From positions 1 through 64,000 of the forward strand of contig NMRA01000966.1 in assembly GCA_002633005.1 (NCBI GenBank): a DNA stretch of 64,000 bases, written 5' to 3'. Below the pieces are notes generated by a model that was given only the letters and a program-made list of their open reading frames with translations, was not told where the DNA came from and ran no database searches. The DNA is from Phoronis australis. Its lineage: Eukaryota > Animalia > Phoronida. Below are positions 25,036 to 37,849 of this stretch, piece after piece; position 1 is the first letter of the stretch; the number at the start of each line of letters is the position of its first letter. Both the position numbers and the translations under genes were made by a program.

Positions 25036-25968
25036 TGAACAGACTGCGTTCAGACCGATTACGAATTATTGGTTAATTTCAACACCTCCGTCTGCCGTCA
25101 GGTGTCGGGTAAAACAACTGAACTTGCTGTTATAGAGTGGAAGTACTCGATCTAAATTGATACAAAAAAGGTTGTTTTTTGGGTGGCATTCTCCTTTAAT
25201 GCATCATTAGAAGAGTTCATGTCATTTTTCAATCTACCTTGCCCCCTGGGGTCAGGGGGGACTTAGCTTTTTGAGTATTTGTCAAAGTCAAAGAGCATTT
25301 CTTGATGATATCTGGGTAACCGATGATTTCATTGAAACTTGACACAGAGGTAATGATGAGATTGCGCCGGCGCCTTGTGATTTTAAAGCAGATTCGACCA
25401 CTGCAACGCTTCCTAGTAGCCATTGTGTGGGAGAGTGTTTCTAGATAATATGTTGAGAACAGAGTGAAGGATGTCAATGAAAGATTTGATTATAGCCATC
25501 TGGCGGCATCATTAAATTCTCGGGAGCATTTGACCACTGTAGCACTAGTAGCTATAATTTTGTTTTCGACATCAGGCTTTTGAGGTGCTTGTTTGGAGGA
25601 ATATTATATCTAGGGAACTAATCAAGGAATTGAGATAAAACTTGGCTCAGAGGTATATGATGTCCATGCATCACAACCATTTCATTTTTGGGCCAGTTCG
25701 ATCACTGTAGCATCTCAGTCCTCAGTGGCCATTTTGGAGTTGGGTATTTCCAAATGATAATAATGTAGATATATGATTGGTGTATTTAATGAAAGTTGAC
25801 ACTTTAAGTGAGGTAGTATGTGAAGTCTCTGTAATGACACCATTGAATTTTCAGGCACATTTGGCCACTGCAACACCTCGTAGTGGCCATTTTGTTCCCG
25901 ACAAAGACATTTGCAAGTATCTTTTGTGGTTAGAAGTGTTTCTGGATGGTATCTAGAGAACCAATTAA

Positions 25969-28028
25969 AGGAGAATGCCACCCGATTTAATTAGTCTTTT
26001 TACCGTCTTAATCAGTCTATATCCACATCACCTCGTATACGGTTAATCGTACCTCGCCGAGAGGTGTCGCGTTAACCTGTGAGGAAGGTAAGAAATGACA
26101 CAGGGACGTCAGTGGTTCTTCTGCAGAGTGAGTGCCGCTATGGTGTGGTGTATCGTTCCCACTTGTGCGAACTATGAAGCTGCGAGAGAAACGGGTATAT
26201 CATTTTTTTCGATTTACTCGAGAGTCCATAATTCTTCGGAAGTGGCTCGCAGTAGTGAAGAATGAAAAGTACGCCATTAATACCAAGTATGAGACCGGGA
26301 AACTTCTCAGTGGCCTGCATTTCGTCAGATCGGTAGTTAATCAGTTTTTGATTATGGGGAATTGTAGTTGGCCATGAAAACATAAACAATTACAATTAAT
26401 TCAAGGCATGAGAACATAACGGTTTATATAACCTGTTTGATGACTGATTCGTTCGTGAGGCTTCTGTTTGGTCCTCTGGGTGTTGGATGTTTTCGCTAGT
26501 TCTTTTTCTCAGCCCTAAAAAACGTCGTAATCCGATCGTATGTCTATGGAGATGCGGTGGAAAATCAGGATGGTCCGTGGGACACATCTGCACTTCTCCA
26601 AGAAGGCGTTTCACTTGCAGAATTTTGTGGCGGCAAATGCGTCAGTGGTTTCCATTAACATGCAGTTAGCTCACTAACACCATGACTAGTCATTCTAACG
26701 GTTTTCGGAACCATGCGCTCACCCAGCCTAAAAAAATGGGGGGGCTCAAATTTTTGAGAATGTGTACCTTTTACTAATCCTTAGATATATGACTTGTGCA
26801 TTTGCTGAATTTTGGTAGTTCCTGGCTTTTTAGTGGACTTTTGTCTCGTGTTCTACTTTTTTCAGAGTTTTGTTTTTCAGAGGTGGGCCTTTTTGCCCTC
26901 TTCGCCCCCCTGGGTGCGTGCATAGGAACTATCCATATGTTCTGTAGTCTGTGCATGTTTACGGAGCCTCTCAATCATTTCTTGTATTCCGGTTCGAACT
27001 GATAGACTGTGAAACCTAATGATCGACCTGTGAAGTCTTCATTGGATTAGCGGTCGTCTAAGATTGCGAGTTTCCACGTTGACGTTTATTATTGTACGTT
27101 ATGTTTCAAAATGAATTATTCTCACCCTAACCAATGCTTATATAAAACTGAGACAAATTGTCAAAGTCTGTCTCATTAGATACAATTTGTAGTGTCTTGG
27201 AGTGTTCGTGAGTGCAAATGTTTTGAAAAGCCTCAAGCAATGAATAAATCATTGCGTTACCAGCTTTAGATGCAATAAACTAATTGTCTGAGCACCAAGG
27301 CTGTGTGAGGGCATGCTAATTCAGTGTTTGCAGACAGAAAGCTGTTGTGAAACAGTAACTTGATTTTATATCCTATGGTCAGATGCTGGGGGAATCTCTG
27401 TTTAGATATTCATATACATAATCGAATCATTGTTACTGTACAACTTTTACCGTGACGGTTCTGTTCCTGATGTCTTCAGTCGGCCGCAATGGGCCTCAGG
27501 TTCCGAACCACAGGCCGGGATGACAAGCGTTTTGTGTGTTTAGAACTGAAAAAATCGCAAGTCTAAAGTTACAACACAGAGTAATATGTTCTTTTGTCTA
27601 TATTTCACGGACAAATAATTTGAATACTGACCCCAAACTCCTGCGACCGACCTTGGTAAATTGGCCTACCGAACTCTGTAGGCTACGGTACGTTCAAGTC
27701 ATAGGCAGATTTGGGGGGGGGGCAGGCCCCCCCTTGGCTGCCGCAAAACAAAAACAGCAAGAGTGTGAGAAAATATTGAGCTTACTAATGAAATCCAGCA
27801 AATAACATACGACTGGAACAAGATTTAACAATGTGTGCAGTTATTTTGAGTGTCCGAGTCAGGCCGGTTTCCGTTTTTTTGTTTGTTTTGTTTTGTCTTC
27901 TCTTTAAATTTTAGCAAAATGTCCATATTCCCAGAATTTCAGGCCCCCCTTTATCGAATTTTGATGATTTATTGGTGTAAAATGATGAATTCAAGTGTTT
28001 AGCCGACACCAGTAAGCATGTTGTGAAT
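25969..28028 (+). mobile_element. Kolobok-like element copy 3 (right end lost; two nested insertions)
   Basis: TTAA|AGGAGAATGCCACCCG; colinear with 22802-24120. THAP remnant at about 26140-26324 (WCIVPTC...LRKWLAVVKNEKY...GLHF). Insertions at about 26328-26923 and about 27700-27950. Confidence 0.8.
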
Positions 28029-28102
28029 CTTTGCATAGTGGTATGATATCTAGAGATTGATTGACAGATTTCATTGAAACTTGAGTTAGAGTTATATGAT
28101 TA

Positions 28103-31100
28103 CAGGCCCGTAGAAAGGAAAAAATTATTGGGGGGCTGACTTTGCCAACCTACCCCCCTTGCTATCGTCACCCGTCCTGCCCCCTCCCCCCATTCTCTGA
28201 ATGTCATCATATTTGTACCGACCCCCATCCCCCACACTCGCCATAGGTGTGGGGGTGCAACCAACAGGATTTGAGTAACCGTAAACCAACAAAGATTCAC
28301 GAAGAGTGAGAATGGGTCTAGGCCCCAGCGCACTCAGACGGGTAGGTAGGAGCTGCCTGAAGTAACTATAGATGGGTCAAAGGTCAAGGTTCCGTTTATT
28401 ATGATCCAGTTTCGGGAAAACTTCATTTTATTATGGCCATTCTTTGAAGTAATTTTTGGAAAGGCGATGTCCCGAGGTGCCAGTGAGATATGAGTGCCTT
28501 TGTGGCCGTTTCAGAATCCCTTGATGAAACACAGCCAGTTAAATACAGTTTCTGGTTGATAGGAGCAAACGATTCAGTTTTGAAGGACAAAAATTCATTG
28601 CGCAATACTACTGGAAACCAAAAACATGAAGGAAGTTCAACCTTTCCAAGTTGATGACCAATATGTTTGATTTTATTTAAGAACTTTAACTTCGTTTTCA
28701 ATTTACGGTTTGTAAACTTAAACCCAGTAATCTACCGTAAACGTTCGGGTTAATGCCCATGCTCACTTAACCACCCATCCCTACGTTAGGTGGATTTTCG
28801 ATTTAACCGCCCATTGCTCGGTTAAGCGCCCCTCTGCAATTTTTGAAGATTTCCGGTTAAGCGCCCACTTCTTGGTTAAGCGCTCACTTCTCGGTTAAGC
28901 GCCCATCCCCGACTTTTGAAGATTGATACGCGCGATTACCTATTTTTAGATAAAAATCTATGATAATAAAGAATGCAATGACAGAGTCGAAGACAGTGGT
29001 TTGGCTATGTGATTACAAGTAACAAATTATTGTCCCGGGTCATGGATTTGCTTCAAAATGTAATACCTTGAACGCTTTGTCACTTTATTTTCTTCCCATG
29101 TTCGCAAAACTAAGAACTCGGCTTCAATACCTACAATTTCAGCGGTGCCATCTGCCGCGCTAAGTTTCCGTCTGCAGTGCTCTGGTTAAAACATATATTC
29201 AGAAAAATAAAGCCAAAGAAAAGTGACACTGGTCTTGCCAACACTCCTAATTCTCTTTAGGTGGGAAGCTCTCGGATTTTGAAGAATTCCCTTAACTTTG
29301 TGAATATTGTTTCTACCTGCCTTTTTAGCCCTCCCGAATAATTTTGTTTCTTCACTGGCTAGTTTCAACGGGAACAAAATCTTTCCCATTCGAGTTTGAA
29401 ATATCTTCGACGTATGAAAATTGACCTATCTCCAGGATTTTGATTGATGGCTTATCTGACCATTTAGAACGCAGCATTATTGACGCACCTTCGTTTCCAA
29501 GCCGCCGTTTTACCCGACAAACAACACGTTTCCGGGTAAAACTTGTTTGTTAGTCGACATTACACAAGGCGGCGGAGCTTGCGATAGGTCAATTGGCAGC
29601 AGAGGGAGGGGGTGAACCCCTGGGGCCTAGGGAACATCAAGCCGCGAATTATCAGAACTGAGACTTCGCGTCGCAGTTTTGGGGTACGTTGTTTTTTTTT
29701 AAAGAGCCTGAGGCCCAAGTTCAGTGTCAAATAAACACCCGGTCAGCTTAAACCTACAGTCGAACTGCTGTTGCTGTTTTCTTTTGATGTGTGACTTTTG
29801 TGTGGTGCGTGCGCGGAAGTTCCCATGCTCTGGAGTGCAAGTTACCTTGACTGCACATGTGATTTGACAGGTGACTCATATGCGCGTGCTCAACCCCGGA
29901 AAGAAGGTCTTGAGAATCTGTTTGCCGCTGTCTTTTGCTGTAAAAAACGTTGCGCATATTGAACAGGCCGATTACTTGCCGACATTTCCAAGTCGCGATC
30001 GTTTGCGGGGACATTTCGCGCAAACAGCGGGACCGAACAGTGTCGCAGTACGATATTGTAGGTTATGTAATAGGATAGTCTGGAAATCTTGCATTTAAAA
30101 TAAAAATGTGTTTTTCCACCACAAAATTTGGTAAGTTGATCGTTTAACAATGAATAGAAACATCGATGTTTTGTGACTTTTTATCACATATGTATGTCGT
30201 GGCCCATACATTGCAAATTTCAGGTCGCATGTTACGACTAAATACAAGATGACCAAAATCTCGGCTACCATTTTCAAAAATTCAGGTCGCCAATGCGACC
30301 TGCAGCTCGTTATGCCTTAGCGCTGAGTCCTGTTTCCAACAACACCGACTCAGTAAGGAGGCTTTGCTCGTTGGAACAAACCACTGGAGCCGGTTACCCG
30401 AATAATGGGGGCTTCGTCTTTGAATTATTTTTACCGACTCCGGTACTTGTGTATGAACTATTAACTTCTTTCTCAGACTCTACCATATGGTTTCATTAGA
30501 CTCATCCCATTCATAGTGTTAGTATTTTTTAACATTAAAATCTTAAGCACTTTTTTGAGTAATGCCTTTGCGGTAACTTTTGATTGACGATTGGCTTATA
30601 TCTGCCAACCTCCGCCGGGCGGTCAAAATAAAACAGCTGTAGAACCTTACGTTGAAAATGTCATTGAATCACGGAGTCTCAACCATAAACATCCCAAACG
30701 CAAAAACACCTGAATTAGTTTTTCAAACTTTAATTACAAATAATTTTAAACTGCTCTCTAACTCAGAACTTGACAACTAACTCGTGACTGCTGTAACCTG
30801 CGCAGCACGTGAAGCTTGCACGCGCACACTTTGCACTGTCACCACGTCAGTGAGGATAGTTACTATCCAAGTGGAGTGCTGCATAGTCGTCTGCGCTCTA
30901 CAGGTACAGCTCTAACAAGACGGCAGAACAGCACGGGCTATTACTCAGCAATTTAAATTTGTAAATTTAACTGAAACAATTAATCTGAGGGCAACAGAAC
31001 CTTTGTTGGGATCATCCGCTGTTATGGCATTTTTACCGTCATTTGGCGACGTGGCGAAAGCTCGGAAAAGTGCTATGCGTTCCAACTACGTGTGGGGACT

Positions 31101-33409
31101 GGGATCATGAGGTAAGATTAACCGCCCTAGGCAGTTGTCTGTCGTAATAAGTGCCCATGTTCGGTTAACCGCCCACCCCTGATTTCTTGAAATTTCATGT
31201 TTAAGCGCCCATGTCTGGTTAACCGCCCACCCCCAAATTTTTGGGTTTGCCAATTTAACCGCCCAGGGCGTTAACCCGAACGTTTACGGTAGTTCCTAAG
31301 CCAATAAACAATTTATTTTCATTTGAATTTTGAGAACATTTTGGGACACATTGTTGAGCTGTCCGAAATTCATCAATTTTCTTGAGACTTATTTCAGATA
31401 GACAAAAATCCTTTAGTGTACTTTTATAATTGGGGATCTGATGATAGATCGAATTTTCCCAATATCGGCCTGCAATTAAGTTCATTGAGGTATTGTCATT
31501 TCTTACAAGATTAGCTTCTTATTGTCAAAAAAGTCATCTCTCAATCAGTCCACTTTCGTAGATACATAAACATGTAAATCAGAAATCAACAACCAAATCC
31601 ATGAGCAATGCGTTTACCTTGATTTAATGACTTAATTCCTTTTTGATCCCCTTTGACTGTAAACAACAGATCTAATGTATCGAAGTCAAAAAGCAATGCA
31701 TTTATTGTCATTTGAATTGTAATTATTTTTGGGAAGTGTCCAAATTTCATCACTGTTTTTGAGAGTTATTTTAGATAGGCAAAAAGCGTCCAAGTGCACT
31801 CTACTATTTGGGGCTTGGATTGTAGTTTTTTCATATTCAGGCTTCAACTAAATTCCCTGAATCGTCATCATTGTTTAAAAGGTTAGCTTCTAATTGCCAA
31901 AAATCACCTATTAACCTGTCGATTTTCGAAGATACATAAACATGTAAATCAGAAACCAACGAATTTGTTGATCAAAACGGAATGTGATAAGCAATTTCCG
32001 CAGGCATGCTCTCAGATTTTTTATGGGTAACCGGGGGAATGGGAGATTGGGTATTCATAGTACGGTGTACTTTTGCTCTTTCAGAGGTACCTATAACGGT
32101 TCACAAGTTTAACTTGACCTCAAAAAAACGCTGAAATATTTGTTTAATTTGTTTATTATTGCAAGTATTTGGGTACACTCGTTGGACATGTACACCCCAG
32201 TGGTAGCCTCTACAGCAGTGTTTTCCACATGTGGGAATTCCTTACAAACAACTCATTTAGTAACCATATTCAAAAGAGATATTCTTGTGATAATATAGGA
32301 AAGAGTAACATTATTTTATAACTAACTATCGGAAATAGTAATTTTTTGTAATTAACAAACAGCGGTCTTCACGTTCTTTACAATTCCTGACTCCCTTTTG
32401 ATGGCGATCAATCCTATTGTATTTTTTCACATTTTTGGTTGTTTGGGTCGAATGTCTTGATACTTCTGTGCTGTGCACGAGTGTTTTGTTTTTTGGTGAA
32501 TTTCGAATCACAACTTCCCTCATGAACATTTGTAGTGTTGGATTAATATGTATAGACGGACAAAGGGACATTTCTCCGAACTCATGACTCCACCGAGAGA
32601 GGGTCCCATCTGAAATTGGGGCACCTTAATCATGAAAAGCTAAACAGTATTAAGCTTGGAAAAGAGTGACAGTTCATTCCATCATCGTGTGGTCAGACGA
32701 CGGTGCAGGAAGTGACCTGCTTCAGCATGAAAGTTGGTTGCATGCACAATGTCACAAAAAAGGAAAATATACGTAATCGAGTCCAACATTGGGTCCTCTC
32801 TCCGTGAGCGTACCCTATAAGAATTTGTCAATAGAAACATAAAAACTGTGGCCACTTGAATGTCATCAATGGCCTCCTTCAGACGTAGGGCCCCTCTATG
32901 TGAACATATCTACATTTTCAAAAATCAAGAAATGTGCAGCAATTGGTGATATCTGTCAGGTCATCGATATACAATTTGAGAAAAAACCAACACTTGTCTC
33001 CGTTATCCCTTTCCAGAGAGGGATCCTCTGGAAAAATATGGTTTTGCAATCGCAAAATTGACTTATTGAATTTAAAAATCCAGTAAATTAATACGCTCCG
33101 ATTTTTCGAAATATATGCATGAATCATTACGTGCATGTTTCCAAGTGCATTTAGACGACCTGTGCTGTGAAAGCGGAGACCCCCAACAACAATGTCCTGG
33201 CCAGGGTCCTCAAAAGGTAAACCATGCAGTGATACAGAGTTGTTAAATGTTGTCTTGACTTTTCTCTCTTATCTGCATTTAGCAGTCTTTCTTTTCTCGA
33301 CTGTCCCCGCCCCACGCGTTTGTCAGTTGCCACGGTTTAACCCTGAAAATTTTTGGGGGGGCCTGTGCCTCCCCAGCCCCCCCCCCACCCCCCGCTTCCT
33401 ACGGCCCTG
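28103..33409. mobile_element. 5.3-kb hAT-like element with 5-bp TSD
   Basis: Left end CAGGCCCGTAGAAAGG; reverse complement of right end CAGGGCCGTAGGAAGC. GATTA is duplicated at 28098-28102 and 33410-33414. Confidence 0.7.
28735..31289. mobile_element. Tc1/mariner-pogo-like non-autonomous element
   Basis: TA|CCGTAAACGTTCGGGTTAATGCCC ... GGGCGTTAACCCGAACGTTTACGG|TA, with repeated ttaa(g/c)cgccc subterminal motifs at both ends. Confidence 0.85.
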
Positions 33410-35515
33410 GATTAGAATGCACCAGCACTATTTGATTTTCGGGCTGATTTGACTTACACTGCAGCACTTCCCAGTGGCAATGCACCATGGGTGCAATTGA
33501 ATGCCCTCGCTTTGCTCTTCTTGTTCAGGCGTAGCTCACCTGAGTACAGCAATATTCTAAATAAATTCTACAAATTAGCAAATTACTGGGATTTCATGTA
33601 AGAATTAATTTGTTAGTAGCATCAAGTATAATTATTCTATTAATTGGCCCCATAGCCGTTTCATTCTTTCAATGATAGATGTAATAAAGTTGCTGCTCTT
33701 TTGACAGAAAGTGCAAAAGTTGCTTATGAGTTGTTCAGCTGAGAGAGATAGGCAGAATCGCGCTGTTTAAAATCGCTCTGTTTGAAATCGCTCAGAGAAG
33801 TGTCGTTGATTAGTGTGTACATGAACTCAATCAGGCGTTGCCACTCAGAGAACATGACACACAGATAAATTGTGGTCATTTTATCTAATATTGAGACTAA
33901 GTGATGACTGCCTTCATGACTCTGGGGGATTGCTTGACCACAAAAACAATGTGTAAAAAGTTGCTTTTGACTGTGTTTTTATGCCTTGCGTGATGCATTG
34001 TATAACACCGGTTGTTCTTGGAGAAATTCAAAAGATTTCTCAAAATCGATCCTTATCTCGTTGAAAGGGGTTGTTTACTGCATGCTTGTTTATTTGTTTC
34101 AACACTGTGGCATGTTGACTGACTCGCAAACAAAAGCAAATGGTGACTGAACTTATCACAACCGAGGTAGAACAATGACTGACTCGACAGCTCCCACAGT
34201 CAGACTATATGAAAAGAAATTGGCGCTAAATTCTTGCCTCCCAAAACGTCATTTCTGGAGTAGAGAACGAATAATTAATTAAATTACGAAAAGCTATAAT
34301 TAAGTGAAAAATATGTCTGGGATAATCCACGAACCTTATTTTTGCTAAAAATGTCACGAAAAAAGGTTGCCTTTGCCGTAAAGGATAATCTTGGTGTAGC
34401 AAGTCTGTAAATAGCCGTGGTGCAAAGCTGTATACTAAATATACATATATCAATATAATAGTAATACAGTATAATATGCTGATTTTGTATATTATATAAT
34501 TGTATATGTATTTTGACGATACTCTTCATACAGCTTGCTCAGGCTGTCTGTAAATGCATATTCTTATGGCAAGGATACTGATGTGTGTCTGAGTAGCAGA
34601 CAAGAATTTGTAGGCTGAGGCCATTTCTGGAAGTGTGGCACCATATTTGTTGTGGGGGAATGGCATGGTACTCTGAACATCATGTGATGTTTGGGATCGG
34701 AATTTTTAACCCATACCACAATGCATTTGCTGTTATGAGCAGTTCAGTCGTTTGGTAACTATAGGGAACAGAGATGTCCTGACAGCAGATCTACCTAGAC
34801 TTTGTGATGCCGTACAATGATAGGTTGACATAGCTTGAGCTGGATAATTAACAGTAAAATCTCACCAATTTAGGACGCAATATGGCCGACAAGTAAAATT
34901 CCATTTTATCAGTTTTCCATGCAACATATGCAGCTCCAGTTTAAGTATTTATCTATGTTCATGTTTTGTACCATGCAGACAAAAATAAAAAGTGAATTTT
35001 CTGGCAATTATTTATGTCCAAAATTGGTAAGATTGTATCATAATAAGGGTAAGTCACTTTCAAGGGTTGCGGCATTTTGAGAAGTTATAGTTTGACACCC
35101 ATTATTCAGGGGAGAAAACTTGTTCTCAAAATGCGGGGACCCTGTGGGTGACTGTTGTAAGAATAACATTCAGTGCGTACAGCTTAATAAAAGAGTCTTT
35201 GGAAAAGCAATGCAAGCCTGTGCTGGCTTTGGAAATACAATTGAATACCAGACTGGCAGTGGTGAACAGTGGAGTTGCTGGGTAAATGCCAGGTGGATCA
35301 GTGCAGCATTGTGGGTAAATAGTGATGGACTTCAATAGTGGTGCTGTTTTTTAAAACAAGAATGTTTACATGTTCAAGGAGTATGAAGTTTTCGTTCATT
35401 AACTGCCATTCATAATTTTTGCTTTCATAATTACAGTGCTTTTTAGGACAATCGTTGTTCATGAAACCGATATTTGATCATTTGTTCTGATCTCATGGTT
35501 ATGTTCTTTTTCCAG

Positions 35516-35607
35516 GGCCAAAAGCTCGGAATCACCAGTACTCATGTGTCTGCCTCCATGGCGACCGCAAACCATACGAGAGAAAGGAAAATTTGGAGAA
35601 ATTTAAG
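35516..35607 (+). CDS. DDX1: DDX1 internal exon
   Basis: ttccAG|...|GTgatg, phase 1/0. (G)[30 protein letters not shown], in frame with the previous exon across an 18.7-kb intron. Confidence 0.95.
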
Positions 35608-36089
35608 GTGATGCTTTCATTAGGCTATAAATTTACATTCAGCAATTCTTAGTTGCAAGCAAATTAGTTTTCATGTACCGTACAAGTATTGCCGTTGTAT
35701 TGCAAACCCTGCATATTGCATTCAATGTTCCATAAATGATTACTTAACAGTTGCCGAGTTCACACTGGCGATGGTCATGTCATCAATGAAAGAAGTTCAG
35801 AAAGCCTCTTCTGCGGTGTTCTGCAATCAGCATGCAAACAAAACGTGGAACTAATTGGTTGTATTACTCATATAACTACCTCTTATTTAATGAATGTAGA
35901 CTTCAATCCACCAAGTCCTATGATATTTGCATATTTTGTATGTTGTAAATTTTTTATGTTGAATCTCTTTTATAGTGTAAAGGTAAGTTGGTAAGGGCCT
36001 ACCACCAATTTGGGGTGGGCTTTTTGTTTTCTCAGATATAGTTGGGGGTGAGCGGCTCGTGTTTGCAGTATCATCTTGGATAACTACAT

Positions 36090-36550
36090 TAGGAAAATCT
36101 TCCGCAAACAGAATTTGCACGCAAGTGGACGAGAAAGCGTGAACTGTTAACGCCAGAGTATCCGGCGAAATTCTCGCCACATCAAAGACTTGATAGTGCC
36201 GTCACAGATTGAAGTGAGCTAGTCACTATTGATGGGCTTTGCTGAATATGCTAGATGAGATAATTGCAGTCATAAACCAACATGCTTGTTTAGTGTAGGA
36301 GTTTCAAAGCCAAAAAATGAGCTATAAGTAAGGCAAACAACCAACATGACTGTTTTTAAAATTGAAAAATAAATAGTAGCCATCTTTGAATTTTTAAAAT
36401 TGATGCATTATGAGAGAAATTAGCGAATAGGTTTTCTTCAGCATCGCAGCTAAGCCACGAGCAGTAATTTGGTAATTGATTGGGATAGGTTAGTCACAGT
36501 CTGGCTCAGGCTTGCTTACGCATTGCAGCAACAAAACCCCAAATGTTAGC
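36090..36550 (+). repeat. Family B copy
   Basis: See 2086-2490 and 17100-17560. Confidence 0.75.
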
Positions 36551-37084
36551 AGTTGTCTCATGTATCTGGGGTAAGGTATCCTCTTGGAGTACGTAAGCAG
36601 TAATTGTAGGGAGTGGGGATGGCAACTGGGAGGAATATTGTCTCAAATAGAATTTTTAATCACCTGAACTCGTGATCACAAAAGATTACTCGACTCTTTA
36701 CTCAAAAGTTGGCCGTTTACATCATTCGCAAGAAATTAGAAAAATTACTCTAACTATAGCAAGTGATTCATCATTTTTGGAGTTGAGTTGCAAGACTATT
36801 ATTTGATGGTCCATGCCTGCATCAAGCAGTCCAATAAGGACTCGACTAATTTCCCTAAATCTTCTGCATGTTCAGTTTGTGTCGTTCTTTACCCCCTATG
36901 AAGGACTGTTTTATGCAGCCGCCCACTGAAACCCAGGTATTGTCTGAGGTATGCTCATTTCTCTTGTCTCTCAGTTATTACACTGGCTATATTTACAGCA
37001 GCACCTCTCTAACCTCTGTACGGTCCACTTAGGAACTTTTCATACCGCATACACTTTTTAAAAGAAGTTTGTGTTTTCCTGCAG

Positions 37085-37157
37085 AAAAATGAGGTGCGCT
37101 TTTTGATCTGCACTGATGTGGCTGCCAGAGGGATTGACATTACTGGCCTACCCTACG
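37085..37157 (+). CDS. DDX1: DDX1 internal exon (motif V)
   Basis: ctgcAG|...|GTaagt, phase 0/1. [24 protein letters not shown]. Confidence 0.97.
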
Positions 37158-37259
37158 GTAAGTGAGATTTTTTCTCATCCATGACATTCAAAGTAGCTCT
37201 TGGTAACAGGCCACATAGTGACACTGACTGTTGCCACCATCTCAGGTGAGGGTGGCTTG

Positions 37260-37552
37260 GCGATTAGCCTTGCTATCGACTCCGGGACAGCGCATCACTT
37301 TGTTATTATCTTGGTCACCTGTTTTCCTGACTGTCCTGGTGTCAATCCACTTTGTCCTGAATTTAACGATGCCTTGGTGCCCCCTACCCAGTAACTGGAA
37401 GAGAACCAGAAGAATTTGTCTAGAACTTGATACCAGTGTAGAGGATATTTTTGGGGAGTTGTCTTTGTGCTGTTTGCAAAGAACACAGCACCCCTTTGTG
37501 TGGCCATATTTACCAGCAACTCCGTTTCATTCCACTTGCTTGGTTTAACCAC
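37260..37552 (-). pseudogene. Possible decayed Myb/SANT-like DNA-binding ORF (Harbinger ORF1-type)
   Basis: KPSKWNETELLVNMATQRGAVFF...HWYQV and, after a frameshift, RTKWIDTR. The three-Trp spacing recalls Myb/SANT-like trihelix domains. Confidence 0.4.
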
Positions 37553-37849
37553 GTAAATGTTTTGTTGTCGTCATAATTACGTCTCGTCAAATCTTAAAAC
37601 TTCAGCGCCACATTAATTTAAAAAGCAACCCACTACCAATGAAGGCCCATTTCATTCAAATTTTTGACAAGTTCTGTAGGTTTATACATATGAAGTTTAT
37701 ATGCAATCGTAAGTCGACTATGTGAAATCGAATCAAACCTTGAAGTTGGTATTGGTCTGTTATATTGATGTGAATGGTGTAGACTTTTTCTGTCATTGGA
37801 AATTTTGCCTCTATTCAATAAATGTTCAAGAAAATAAACCTGAGTATTC

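Larger units (their letters stand above)
22802..25195 (+). mobile_element. Kolobok-like DNA transposon (non-autonomous) with THAP remnant
   Basis: TTAA (22798-22801)|AGGAGAATACCACCC...GGGTGGCATTCTCCT|TTAA (25196-25199). TTAA TSD, RR...YY ends and a THAP domain are Kolobok hallmarks. Confidence 0.85.
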
